Positions 1 to 11,941 of a stretch of 64,000 bases of DNA are shown here, one piece after another. Position 1 is the first letter of the stretch; every line of letters starts with the position of its first letter. The notes below the pieces were generated by a model, which worked only from the letters and a program-made list of their open reading frames with translations, made no database searches and was not told the DNA's origin. A program made the translations under genes and the position numbers. Source of the DNA: Macrostomum lignano (Eukaryota); contig NIVC01001982.1 in NCBI GenBank assembly GCA_002269645.1, positions 62,001 through 126,000 of the forward strand. Direction: 5' to 3'.

Positions 1-445
1 GATCAAGGATCGGGATCAAGGATCGGGATCAAGGATCGGGATCAAGGATCGGGATCAAGGATCGGGATCAAGGATCGGGATCAAGGATCGGGATCAAGGA
101 TCGGGATCAAGGATCGGGATCAAGGATCGGGATCAAGGATCGGGATCAAGGATCGGGATCAAGGATCGGGATCAAGGATCGGGATCAAGGATCGGGATCA
201 AGGATCGGGATCAAGGATCGGGATCAAGGATCGGGATCAAGGATCGGGATCAAGGATCGGGATCAAGGATCGGGATCAAGGATCGGGATCAAGGATCGGG
301 ATCAAGGATCGGGATCAAGGATCGGGATCAAGGATCGGGATCAAGGATCGGGATCAAGGATCGGGATCAAGGATCGGGATCAAGGATCGGGATCAAGGAT
401 CGGGATCAAGGATCGGGATCAAGGATCGGGATCAAGGATCGGGAT
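1..445. repeat. 13-bp tandem satellite (GGATCAAGGATCG)n, inside intron 2 of astacin-like gene A
   Basis: Perfect 13-nt period from the window edge to 445; same array at 5892-6977. Confidence 0.98.
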
Positions 446-458
446 AATTGTCACCTAC

Positions 459-816
459 CTTTGAATGACTCCGTTTGAGAAGGTATCATCATTCTAAAAT
501 AAAGTTAAGCAGTAAGAATTTAATCGTTTTGAGCCACTTATGTTGACGGCACACTTGTGCAGGCATTCCAATGAGTAGATAATTATCGGATCCCACTTAC
601 ATTAGGCCTACTGAAGCCGGAACAGCCGCAGGCCAACTTAGATCGATAATGGGGACATTGTACTTTCGGGGTAGCCTTCTTAACTCTGTTAACGGGTATG
701 GCGATTCCAGCACAGCCTCCGATGCTATCTGAGACCAAACTCAGCACCAGGCAGCATTCAAGAAAACGGAGTATAGACTCAAATAGCTTTGCTCTTTGTT
801 GTCTCATGGCTGACAT
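459..816 (-). CDS. Astacin-like gene A, exon 1 (816-601) and 35-nt micro-exon 2 (493-459); the gene presumably continues off the left edge
   Basis: Exon 1 encodes a hydrophobic leader and CPHY...CGCS, ending at a phase-0 GTAAGT donor. The micro-exon is flanked by TTATTTTAG and GTAGGT. The duplicate at 7348-6991 is followed, across the satellite, by an astacin WPGG exon. The CPxY..CGCS motif is shared with exon 1 of gene B. Confidence 0.7.
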
Positions 817-1199
817 CAGCCATAAGATTGTTAAATCTAATCGAATCTAATTTATTTTTCTATTAGTCTTGCTTAGATAATCAGTTGAAAATGGGGACAT
901 TATTTTTTGTCTATGGTGAATGATCAGAAAGGAAGTGTTGCTTTAAAAGGATGGGAGGCGTTGGTGATAAGCGTTTGCTTAAATGTGCAATACATACGAA
1001 ATAGAAGGCCTTTCTTGACTTGACGTTTCTTCGGTAGAAAGTCTGGAAACCTCGTGACAATTTTTTAGAAGTACAGAACTTTGTACTTACTTTTTGAAAT
1101 TTCTCAATATCTAACATCGATTTGTTCCCTCTTTTCTTATTTCTTCTGGAGCTGAATTCAACGATCAAAACAGCTCATTTATTTAAATATATTAATATT

Positions 1200-1790
1200 C
1201 TCAGAGGCCTTCGGCGACATCCTCCCACACCAAGGTATTGCTTCTTACCTTGAAAGTGGTGTCTTCGGATGAGTACTCCTTTTGTCGATCTGGAATTCCT
1301 CGATGTCAGTTCGTCTAGACGCTTTGATGCTGGTAGCTCGATGCTAGTTTCTCTTTTACTGCCCAGGTGTCGTCCCTGTCCGGTATCTGTAGTCCGGACC
1401 AATGAGAAACTTCGAATTAACAACGGGGATCCCTGCGCTGCGCTGCGGTTTCAAATAAGCCTTCTCCTTCTAGTGGATTCCTTCTTAATCCACTCTAGGT
1501 ATAGCTCCGGTAATCACTGATAGTCTTCTAGGGCCGCTATCAGGGTAGTCCTTCTGGAGACTACAACCAATGGAGTCTCAAACAGACTCAGTCACAATAT
1601 CAATTTGAGTCGATTCAACAACTAGCGCAAATAAGTAAGGATTACCGCAAATAACTCAGCCGAGTCCTTTTTGACTTGGTCTGAAGAAAGTCTGGCTTCC
1701 TCTTCGAAGCTTCTTCTCTCTGACAGATTTTTGACGCTCCGGTCCTCTTCGGACAACTTGTTTTTATAGAGAAACGGACCCCACGTGAGG
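1200..1790 (-). other. Unclassified dispersed repeat with TATA box and conserved splice donor (also 7730-8300; diverged relative at 28660-29230)
   Basis: Shares blocks such as TAGGGTAGTCC..CTACA(A/G)CCAATGGAGTCTCAA and GGGATCCCTGCGC with 28660-29230. Minus-strand TATAAAA at about 1770. Confidence 0.5.
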
Positions 1791-2492
1791 TCGTTGGGTA
1801 CATTTTCTTAAATGTCAAAGGGTCACGCTTTGGTTGCTGTCAAGCATGACATGGTAGAAAGTTAAGCAACAAGTCTACTGTAAGTGCGCATGATTGGTTA
1901 ACGTAGCTGGGTTATTTTTGATTGGTTCATTCGGTGCAGACCGAATGATGAATCGCTGATGTGGTTTGAAATGATAATTTGTAGGTCACGCATGAAAGGT
2001 TGGTGGCTAAAAATAACATTTTATGACTTTACTTCTTATGATTGGTTGACAAAAAGTATACCTGTGATTCAGTACTTACTTTGATACATTATACTTATAA
2101 TTCTACTGAATAAAATGTGTAAGTAGTATGTTAACAATTTTTATGATTTTTTGTGGAAAGTAGAACCCTCTATAGGGGGTGGGGGGGTCGATGATCCGAA
2201 GCGTTTAACTGCAGAGCTACAAATCATGTCTTAGGTAGACGCCAAGCAAGCTTTTAGAATCGTCCTTTTGTCAGACATGTACCTTTGATAAGCGTTGCAC
2301 AATATTTAATCAACAGCCTGTAAGCCTCGAGGCAATCCATATTTAGCACGAGTTAATCTCCGGCGGAGATTTAAATCTCCGCTCCCTGTATTGTCTACGG
2401 TAAAATACTAAGTCTAAATCAAAGAGGACTGATGGTTTAGGAAGAGAGAAGCAATTAAGCTGTGAAATAAACAAGCCACAAATTTTACCAAA

Positions 2493-3873
2493 ATGGAGGA
2501 GCTAACCGCTGACGATGTAATGGAAGTGATGCGAACGATTACCAATGAAGAAGCGTCTACAGTGCAAAGCACTAGCACCAACGTTTGACGTCCGGCTTGC
2601 CGAATTTAGAGACTCGCGAATTCCAAAAACAACGGCCACAAAGGTTCGTAGCAATTGGAATAAACTGTGCGCTTGGTATACTGACTGGCGAGTGCGCCAA
2701 ACTGCTCAGTTGAAAGTTGTGAAGGATATGTTCGAGTGGAGCAAGAAGGAATGGGACTACGTGCTGCAGTGCTTTCTGCTTGAACTTCGCAAGGACAACG
2801 GAGATATATGTACCCGCCTGCCACGATCAAAGGTTTTGTCGCCAGTATCCAGTTCCACCTACAAACAAAGTTCCATCTTCAAGGACAACGAGTTTGTCCT
2901 AACCAAGCAGTGCATCGACGCCGCCATGAAATTGAGTGCCAAATCAGGTTTTCATCTTACACCAAACCGAGCGAGGGTAATCGGCCTAGACGAAGAAGTG
3001 CAACTCTGGGCAGAGGGACGTTTCGGAATGTCTAATCCGACGCAGCTGGTGAATACCCTGCTGTACCACTTAGGTTTGCACCTATCGCTCAGAGCGAGTG
3101 CTGAACATCGCGCGTTAGAATTCGGTGAGCGATCGCAGCTTGTGCTCGTCAAGGAAAATGACACTGAATGTCTGGTGTACACCGAGCGAATGTCGAAGAA
3201 CGGGAGAGTTGGTTTGCACAAGGCACACGTTGAGCCGAAAACAACCAGGATCTATTCGAATGGCGACCCAGACAAATGTGTCATCACGATGTATAAGACC
3301 TACGTTCGTCACCGGCCGGAGCAATTCGGACTCAAGGGTCACTCTGCGTTCTATCTGACACCGATCAAGGCGCCGACATCTGATATATGGTATCGTAGTC
3401 AACCAATGGGTGTGCATACGATTGAAAACGTCGTGAAGAATCTGTTCTCTGGCAAGCAGATTGAAGCCGGCAGTACGACCGGACCTATCACGAACAATAG
3501 TCTGCGTCGGACCTGCAAGACTAGGTTGGTGGAAGGCGGCATCAGTAAGGAAATAGCAAGCCAGAAGACTGGAAGGATTACCGAAAAGGCTGACAGGTCC
3601 TACATCGACGTCCGTAAGTCAGAGAAGAACATGTCGGCAGTACTATATGGAGAGCCCACTGCCGCAGCCAAAACGAGCGGCGTGAGTGAGGTTGAAACAG
3701 CAATTGCCAACGGCAACTCCAATATTTCCGGACCGCAGGCTTTGGCTCTAAGTCAACAATGGTCCGCCCCTGTACTAAACTTCTACGGGCCAACCATGCA
3801 CGATCAATTTCAGTTCCCCGACAAACAAGATGCAATAGTGATAGCAATAAAAAGTTGTAGACTAACGAACTAA
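2493..3873 (+). pseudogene. Crypton-type tyrosine recombinase (DUF3504/KCTD1-ZMYM-like), family 1, copy 1, frameshifted
   Basis: Motifs ELRKDNGDMYPP, IFKDNEF, LSLRASAEH, ERMSKN, WYRSQPMG, TNNSLR, KTGR, RSY. The probable ATG at 2493 (MEELTADD) and the YPPATI segment lie in other frames. Confidence 0.88.
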
Positions 3874-4191
3874 AACAACTATAACTGACTAAACGCTTGT
3901 TTACCGTTTTAACGTTCAATAAATATACGTGTTCTTGTTTTACTATCAATTTTAAGTTTGTCTATGGTAGCGGAGTTAACGCTACCAATAATCTCCGCGA
4001 GCTTAACACTAGGGACATAGGCAAGGCGAACAGGCAAAGTTGATTAAGTAACCACCTTTAACCATAGACATAAGGCAAAAGTTTTTGATCAAAAACTCGC
4101 CTATGCAAGTAGACGATCTCAACTACTAACAAGCCATACCCAGATCTTCGTGTCAAGAGCCGCTTGAGCTAAATCATTTAAAATAATAATT

Positions 4192-4497
4192 ATGAAGCAT
4201 TTAGTACTGCTGTTGGTGCTAGTCATTCTCGTGTCTGTTGGTAAGCTGTCTGCTTTCATGCTACAGACACCTGCAATGTACTTCAGTATTTGTAAATGTT
4301 TGTGATTTGTTTTTTCGTGCACGTCCGCCACAACAGGTCTTGAATGCCTGGCCTGTCCCAGCAACTGCGCTTCAAGAATGCAACGATGCGAGAGCGACAG
4401 CGACTGCTGCTCAAAGTGCTGCGGACGCTATCCAGACCGGTCGCTGCGGTGTCAGGGCTCCTGCAGAAGAGGGCCGATTGGTGTACCTAAAAGTTGA
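4192..4497 (+). CDS. Secreted cysteine-rich (knottin-like) peptide, 69 aa, 2 exons (4192-4240, 4337-4497), copy 1
   Basis: Spliced product: MKHLVLLLVLVILVSVG-LECLACPSNCASRMQRCESDSDCCSKCCGRYPDRSLRCQGSCRRGPIGVPKS*. 96-nt phase-1 GTAAGC...CAACAG intron directly after the signal peptide; ATTAAA at 4562. Confidence 0.85.
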
Positions 4498-5037
4498 TAA
4501 AGCACCCGATTGACCTCTTGCCGTCTTTGCAACCAGGCATAAACTTTATAACTACAGTTTGATTAAAATACAACTGCAATCTCAAAAACACATGCAAAAA
4601 ATTGAGAGGATCTTCCTATTTTTTGCCTAGATATATAGATACCGAAAAGAATAGGCTAAGATTTTAACATAGGATCCGACTATTTAATATAGCGTCAAGT
4701 TGAAGTTGTTGATAGGTTTAAAACGTTCAAAAGTGTTACGGTTAAACCATGGCTAAATGGGAGGCTTTAAGCCAAAGCTCACAAGTGTACTGATATATTA
4801 TGCTAGATAGGTGATGTTTTTGCTTTAAACGCATTTTCCTAGTTAGGATATTTGCAAAAGCAACTGTACAGTGTCAAAAGCAACATGTAGTTTATAGTTT
4901 ATTTAAACAATTCTAATTGAAGCGCTTTGCGAGAAGACACACCCTTTAACGGTTTAAATTAAACTTTTTTGGCCGCTGTATCACAGTAAAACAAATGCTT
5001 ATTAATCTACTTCGATAAAAACGAACAAACAATTATA

Positions 5038-5398
<361 letters not shown>

Positions 5399-5493
5399 CA
5401 TGTAGATAGATCTTTTAATGCACACTTAAGTATTTACCACTGCACACTGCCACTGCACACTGCCACTGCACACTACCACTGCCACTAACTAAC

Positions 5494-7348
5494 CTGTCTC
5501 TTGGAAGCTCTCTTCACAAACAGGTACCCTTTGCGACAGATTGTACCGCTGGAAGTTTTCGCCCTCTTAAACTCCAAATGATTCTTGCCGACGTTCTCCT
5601 CGATTTTCTGCATTGCATTTAAAATTTCGTTCGAATAGTCCAAACTGAAGGCCGGGTCGATGTTGTAGAATATGATGCCGCCGGGCCAGAACTTCAAATC
5701 CAACTTGTAGTTCGGGTTGTTGGGATCGGCAATCACCTGGTCAGCTTGTGACGATGACTGGGAGATGGGACTTCTGGGGAACATCATGTCGTCAATCACC
5801 AGGTACTCGGTTCCATCATCGTCAGTTTCTATGTGTCCCGGCATGTCGCTTTGAAAATTCGGATTTAAATTGACGTCAACAGCTGCAGATTCGGGATCAA
5901 GGATCGGGATCAAGGATCGGGATCAAGGATCGGGATCAAGGATCGGGATCAAGGATCGAGATCAAGGATCGGGATCAAGGATCGGGATCAAGGATCGGGA
6001 TCAAGGATCGGGATCAAGGATCGGGATCAAGGATCGGGATCAAGGATCGGGATCAAGGATCGGGATCAAGGATCGGGATCAAGGATCGGGATCAAGGATC
6101 GGGATCAAGGATCGGGATCAAGGATCGGGATCAAGGATCGGGATCAAGGATCGGGATCAAGGATCGGGATCAAGGATCGGGATCAAGGATCGGGATCAAG
6201 GATCGGGATCAAGGATCGGGATCAAGGATCGGGATCAAGGATCGGGATCAAGGATCGGGATCAAGGATCGGGATCAAAGACCGAGACCCTAGTTTTGGGA
6301 TCAAGGATCGGGATCAAGGATCGGGATCAAGGATCGGGATCAAGGATCGGGATCAAGGATCGGGATCAAGGATCGGGATCAAGGATCGGGATCAAGGATC
6401 GGGATCAAGGATCGGGATCAAGGATCGGGATCAAGGATCGGGATCAAGGATCGGGATCAAGGATCGGGATCAAGGATCGGGATCAAGGATCGGGATCAAG
6501 GATCGGGATCAAGGATCGGGATCAAGGATCGGGATCAAGGATCGGGATCAAGGATCGGGATCAAGGATCGGGATCAAGGATCGGGATCAAGGATCGGGAT
6601 CAAGGATCGGGATCAAGGATCGGGATCAAGGATCGGGATCAAGGATCGGGATCAAGGATCGGGATCAAGGATCGGGATCAAGGATCGGGATCAAGGATCG
6701 GGATCAAGGATCGGGATCAAGGATCGGGATCAAGGATCGGGATCAAGGATCGGGATCAAGGATCGGGATCAAGGATCGGGATCAAGGATCGGGATCAAGG
6801 ATCGGGATCAAGGATCGGGATCAAGGATCGGGATCAAGGATCGGGATCAAGGATCGGGATCAAGGATCGGGATCAAGGATCGGGATCAAGGATCGGGATC
6901 AAGGATCGGGATCAAGGATCGGGATCAAGGATCGGGATCAAGGATCGGGATCAAGGATCGGGATCAAGGATCGGGATAATTGTCACCTACCTTTGAATGA
7001 CTCCGTTTGAGAAGGTATCATCATTCTAAAATAAAGTTAAGCAGTAAGAATTTAATCGTTTTGAGCCACTTATGTTGACGGCACACTTGTGCAGGCATTC
7101 CAATGAGTAGATAATTATCGGATCCCACTTACATTAGGCCTACTGAAGCCGGAACAGCCGCAGGCCAACTTAGATCGATAATGGGGACATTGTACTTTCG
7201 GGGTAGCCTTCTTAACTCTGTTAACGGGTATGGCGATTCCAGCACAGCCTCCGATGCTATCTGAGACCAAACTCAGCACCAGGCAGCATTCAAGAAAACG
7301 GAGTATAGACTCAAATAGCTTTGCTCTTTGTTGTCTCATGGCTGACAT
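5494..7348 (-). pseudogene. Astacin-like gene A, 3'-truncated duplicate: exons 7348-7133, 7025-6991 and about 5886/5851-5494; catalytic exon absent
   Basis: Exon 3 encodes EYLVIDDMMF...FWPGGIIFYNIDPAF...NEILNAMQKIEE (astacin pro-region and mature N-terminus). It ends at a phase-0 GTTAGT donor equivalent to that of gene B. The exon 2/3 phase fits the AAG acceptor near 5851 better than the CAG near 5886, so the junction is uncertain. Confidence 0.75.
5892..6977. repeat. 13-bp tandem satellite (GGATCAAGGATCG)n with one short interruption at about 6278-6298
   Basis: Direct reading. Confidence 0.98.
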
Positions 7349-8655
7349 CAGCCATAAGATTGTTAAATCTAATCGAATCTAATTTATTTTTCTATTAGTC
7401 AGTCACAATCAGTTGAAAAATGGGGACATTATTTTTTGTCTATGGTGAATGATCAGAAAGGAAGTGTTGCTTTAAAAGGATGGGAGGCGTTGGTGATAAG
7501 CGTTTGCTTAAATGTGCAATACATACGAAATAGAAGGCCTTTCTTGACTTGACGTTTCTTCGGTAGAAAGTCTGGAAACCTCGTGACAATTTTTTTAGAA
7601 GTACAGAACTTTGTACTTACTTTTTGAAATTTCTCAATATCTAACATCGATTTGTTCCCTCTTTTCTTATTTCTTCTGGAGCTGAATTCAACGATCAAAA
7701 CAGCTCATTTATTTAAATATATTAATATTCTCAGAGGCCTTCGGCGACATCCTCCCACACCAAGGTATTGCTTCTTACCTTGAAAGTGGTGTCTTCGGAT
7801 GAGTACTCCTTTTGTCGATCTGGAATTCCTCGATGTCAGTTCGTCTAGACGCTTTGATGCTGGTAGCTCGATGCTAGTTTCTCTTTTACTGCCCAGGTGT
7901 CGTCCCTGTCCGGTATCTGTAGTCCGGACCAATGAGAAACTTCGAATTAACAACGGGGATCCCTGCGCTGCGCTGCGGTTTCAAATAAGCCTTCTCCTTC
8001 TAGTGGATTCCTTCTTAATCCACTCTAGGTATAGCTCCGGTAATCACTGATAGTCTTCTAGGGCCGCTATCAGGGTAGTCCTTCTGGAGACTACAACCAA
8101 TGGAGTCTCAAACAGACTCAGTCACAATATCAATTTGAGTCGATTCAACAACTAGCGCAAATAAGTAAGGATTACCGCAAATAACTCAGCCGAGTCCTTT
8201 TTGACTTGGTCTGAAGAAAGTCTGGCTTCCTCTTCGAAGCTTCTTCTCTCTGACAGATTTTTGACGCTCCGGTCCTCTTCGGACAACTTGTTTTTATAGA
8301 GAAACGGACCCCACGTGAGGTCGTTGGGTACATTTTCTTAAATGTCAAAGGGTCACGCTTTGGTTGCTGTCAAGCATGACATGGTAGAAAGTTAAGCAAC
8401 AAGTCTACTGTAAGTGCGCATGATTGGTTAACGTAGCTGGGTTATTTTTGATTGGTTCATTCGGTGCAGACCGAATGATGAATCGCTGATGTGGTTTGAA
8501 ATGATAATTTGTAGGTCACGCATGAAAGGTTGGTGGCTAAAAATAACATTTTATGACTTTACTTCTTATGATTGGTTGACAAAAAGTATACCTGTGATTC
8601 AGCGTCTTCATTGCTTTGTTCAGTGCTCAGTGCTCAGTGTTCAGTGCTTTGCACT

Positions 8656-9977
8656 GAAGCGTCTACAGTGCAAAGCACTAGCACCAACGTTTGACGTCCG
8701 GCTTGCCGAATTTAGAGACTCGCGAATTCCAAAAACAACGGCCACAAAGGTTCGTAGCAATTGGAATAAACTGTGCGCTTGGTATACTGACTGGCGAGTG
8801 CGCCAAACTGCTCAGTTGAAAGTTGTGAAGGATATGTTCGAGTGGAGCAAGAAGGAATGGGACTACGTGCTGCAGTGCTTTCTGCTTGAACTTCGCAAGG
8901 ACAACGGAGATATGTACCCGCCTGCCACGATCAAAGGTTTTGTCGCCAGTATCCAGTTCCACCTACAAACAAAGTTCCATCTTCAAGGACAACGAGTTCG
9001 TCCTAACCAGGCAGTGCATCGATGCCGCCATGAAATTGAGTGCCAAATCAGGTTTTCATCTTACACCAAACCGAGCGAGGGTAATCGGCCTAGACGAAGA
9101 AGTGCAACTCTGGGCAGAGGGACGTTTCGGAATGTCTAATCCGACGCAGCTGGTGAATACCCTGCTGTACCACTTAGGTTTGCACCTATCGCTCAGAGCG
9201 AGTGCTGAACATCGCGCGTTAGAATTCGGTGAGCGATCGCAGCTTGTGCTCGTCAAGGAAAATGACACTGAATGTCTGGTGTACACCGAGCGAATGTCGA
9301 AGAACGGGAGAGTTGGTTTGCACAAGGCACACGTTGAGCCGAAAACAACCAGGATCTATTCGAATGGCGACCCAGACAAATGTGTCATCACGATGTATAA
9401 GACCTACGTTCGTCACCGGCCGGAGCAATTCGGACTCAAGGGTCACTCTGCGTTCTATCTGACACCGATCAAGGCGCCGACATCTGATATATGGTATCGT
9501 AGTCAACCAATGGGTGTGCATACGATTGAAAACGTCGTGAAGAATCTGTTCTCTGGCAAGCAGATTGAAGCCGGCAGTACGACCGGACCTATCACGAACA
9601 GTAGTCTGCGTCGGACCTGCAAGACTAGGTTGGTGGAAGGCGGCATCAGTAAGGAAATAGCAAGCCAGAAGACTGGAAGGATTACCGAAAAGGCTGACAG
9701 GTCCTACATCGACGTCCGTAAGTCAGAGAAGAACATGTCGGCAGTACTATATGGAGAGCCCACTGCCGCAGCCAAAACGAGCGGCGTGAGTGAGGTTGAA
9801 ACAGCAATTGCCAACGGCAACTCCAATATTTCCGGACCGCAGGCTTTGGCTCTAAGTCAACAATGGTCCGCCCCTGTACTAAACTTCTACGGGCCAACCA
9901 TGCACGATCAATTTCAGTTCCCCGACAAACAAGATGCAATAGTGATAGCAATAAAAAGTTGTAGACTAACGAACTAA
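8656..9977 (+). pseudogene. Crypton family 1 recombinase, copy 2 (5' end deleted, frameshifted)
   Basis: Near-identical to 2551-3873. About 480 nt upstream is replaced by a short (CAGTGCT)-like filler. +1 frameshift at CTACAAACAAAG. Confidence 0.88.
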
Positions 9978-10151
9978 AACAACTATAACTGACTAAACGC
10001 TTGTTTACCGTTTTAACGTTCAATAAATATACGTGTTCTTGTTTTACTATCAATTTTAAGTTTGTCTATGGTAGCGGAGTTAACGCTACCAATAATCTCC
10101 GCGAGCTTAACACTAGGGACATAGGCAAGGCGAACAGGCAAAGTTGATTAA

Positions 10152-10323
10152 ATTAAAATAACCCACTGAAACGAGGAGATACTCTATGGCAAAACCTCCT
10201 CGGCTTCGCCTCGGAGATTCTGCATAGAGTACGCGTATCTCCTCGTTTCAGTGGTTTATTACACATAGTAAAATGCAATACAGATCAAACTCGTACAAAA
10301 CTTGGATTTTTTTGGAAAATGAA
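10152..10323. mobile_element. 172-bp hairpin insertion present only in duplication copy 2
   Basis: Absent at the equivalent sites (about 4047 and 23161). Perfect 20-bp inverted arms at 10163-10182 and 10235-10254, with central GGCTTCGCC. Confidence 0.8.
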
Positions 10324-10466
10324 TAACCACCTTTAACCATAGACATAAGGCAAAAGTTTTTGATCAAAAACTCGCCTATGCAAGTAGACGATCTCAACTA
10401 CTAACAAGCCATACCCAGATCTTCGTGTCAAGAGCCGCTTGAGCTAAATCATTTAAAATAATAATT

Positions 10467-10772
10467 ATGAAGCATTTAGTACTGCTGTTGGTGCTAGTCA
10501 TTCTCGTGTCTGTTGGTAAGCTGTCTGCTTTCATGCTACAGACACCTGCAATGTACTTCAGTATTTGTAAATGTTTGTGATTTGTTTTTTCGTGCACGTC
10601 CGCCACAACAGGTCTTGAATGCCTGGCCTGTCCCAGCAACTGCGCTTCAAGAATGCAACGATGCGAGAGCGACAGCGACTGCTGCTCAAAGTGCTGCGGA
10701 CGCTATCCAGACCGGTCGCTGCGGTGTCAGGGCTCCTGCAGAAGAGGGCCGATTGGTGTACCTAAAAGTTGA
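10467..10772 (+). CDS. Secreted cysteine-rich peptide, copy 2 (exons 10467-10515, 10612-10772)
   Basis: Identical by eye to 4192-4497. Confidence 0.85.
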
Positions 10773-11312
10773 TAAAGCACCCGATTGACCTCTTGCCGTC
10801 TTTGCAACCAGGCATAAACTTTATAACTACAGTTTGATTAAAATACAACTGCAATCTCAAAAACACATGCAAAAAATTGAGAGGATCTTCCTATTTTTTG
10901 CCTAGATATATAGATACCGAAAAGAATAGGCTAAGATTTTAACATAGGATCCGACTATTTAATATAGCGTCAAGTTGAAGTTGTTGATAGGTTTAAAACG
11001 TTCAAAAGTGTTACGGTTAAACCATGGCTAAATGGGAGGCTTTAAGCCAAAGCTCACAAGTGTACTGATATATTATGCTAGATAGGTGATGTTTTTGCTT
11101 TAAACGCATTTTCCTAGTTAGGATATTTGCAAAAGCAACTGTACAGTGTCAAAAGCAACATGTAGTTTATAGTTTATTTAAACAATTCTAATTGAAGCGC
11201 TTTGCGAGAAGACACACCCTTTAACGGTTTAAATTAAACTTTTTTGGCCGCTGTATCACAGTAAAACAAATGCTTATTAATCTACTTCGATAAAAACGAA
11301 CAAACAATTATA

Positions 11313-11908
11313 TATACTGTCCGTCAAAAGTTCCGAAACCCTTGCTACGATGTCTTCTAGCGGACGTAATTTCAGTCCGTTTCAATTGTAACTTGATTCA
11401 AATGAAAGCTGCGGATCTCAGCTCCATGATGTGGTCAAGAAAAAGTTTATTCGAAGGAGCGCGTGTGAACAGGCCAGTGTTATGTACATAAAGGTTAGAG
11501 AAAAAAAGTGAGGAAAAGACAAACAAGCAATTGACTCTCCCATGAAAGCTGACTGCACAAGAATCCATAAGAGCCTGTTGATTTCAACACAAGTTTTGGC
11601 CATAGACTAATGTTAGCCAGGCTGAACACTGCGCGCAAATCGATTCCTTCCCATGTGTGTTTGCTCCATAGACTCAGCAACCATAGACAATTGCTTGTTT
11701 GTCTTTTTCTCACTTTTTTTCTCTAACCTTTATGTACATAACACTGGCCTGTTCACACGCGCTCCTTCGAATAAACTTTTTCTTGACCACATCATGGAGC
11801 TGAGATCCGCAGCTTTCATTTGAATCAAGTTACAATTGAAACGGACTGAAATTATGTCCGCTAGAAGACATCGTAGCAAGGGTTCCGGAACTTTTGACGG
11901 ACAGTATA
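11313..11908. mobile_element. Foldback MITE, 221-bp inverted arms around a 154-bp spacer
   Basis: 11313-11533 is the reverse complement of 11688-11908. TA at both ends; CCATAGAC motifs at 11599, 11666 and 11681. Confidence 0.9.
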
Positions 11909-11941
11909 ATATAGTTGAGATGCTTAGTAACTATATTTAAT

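Noticed and set aside
1-445. Possible CRISPR array or telomeric repeat
   Set aside because: No unique spacers, no cas genes, intronic position, and the unit is not telomere-like. The 6278-6298 interruption is a single event.
2545-3873. 442-aa ORF as an intact active recombinase
   Set aside because: Continuity depends on two compensating indels, the conserved YPPATI segment is out of frame, and the His residues are altered.
4238-4513. 91-aa ORF MVSCLLSCYRH... (also 10513, 23352)
   Set aside because: Reads through the intron and then in the wrong frame; the spliced signal-peptide/Cys-rich frame explains the region better.
5870-6996. ORFs with (GSGSRIGIKDRDQ)n repeats
   Set aside because: Translation of a 13-bp satellite that happens to lack stops on the plus strand; it lies in an intron of a minus-strand gene.
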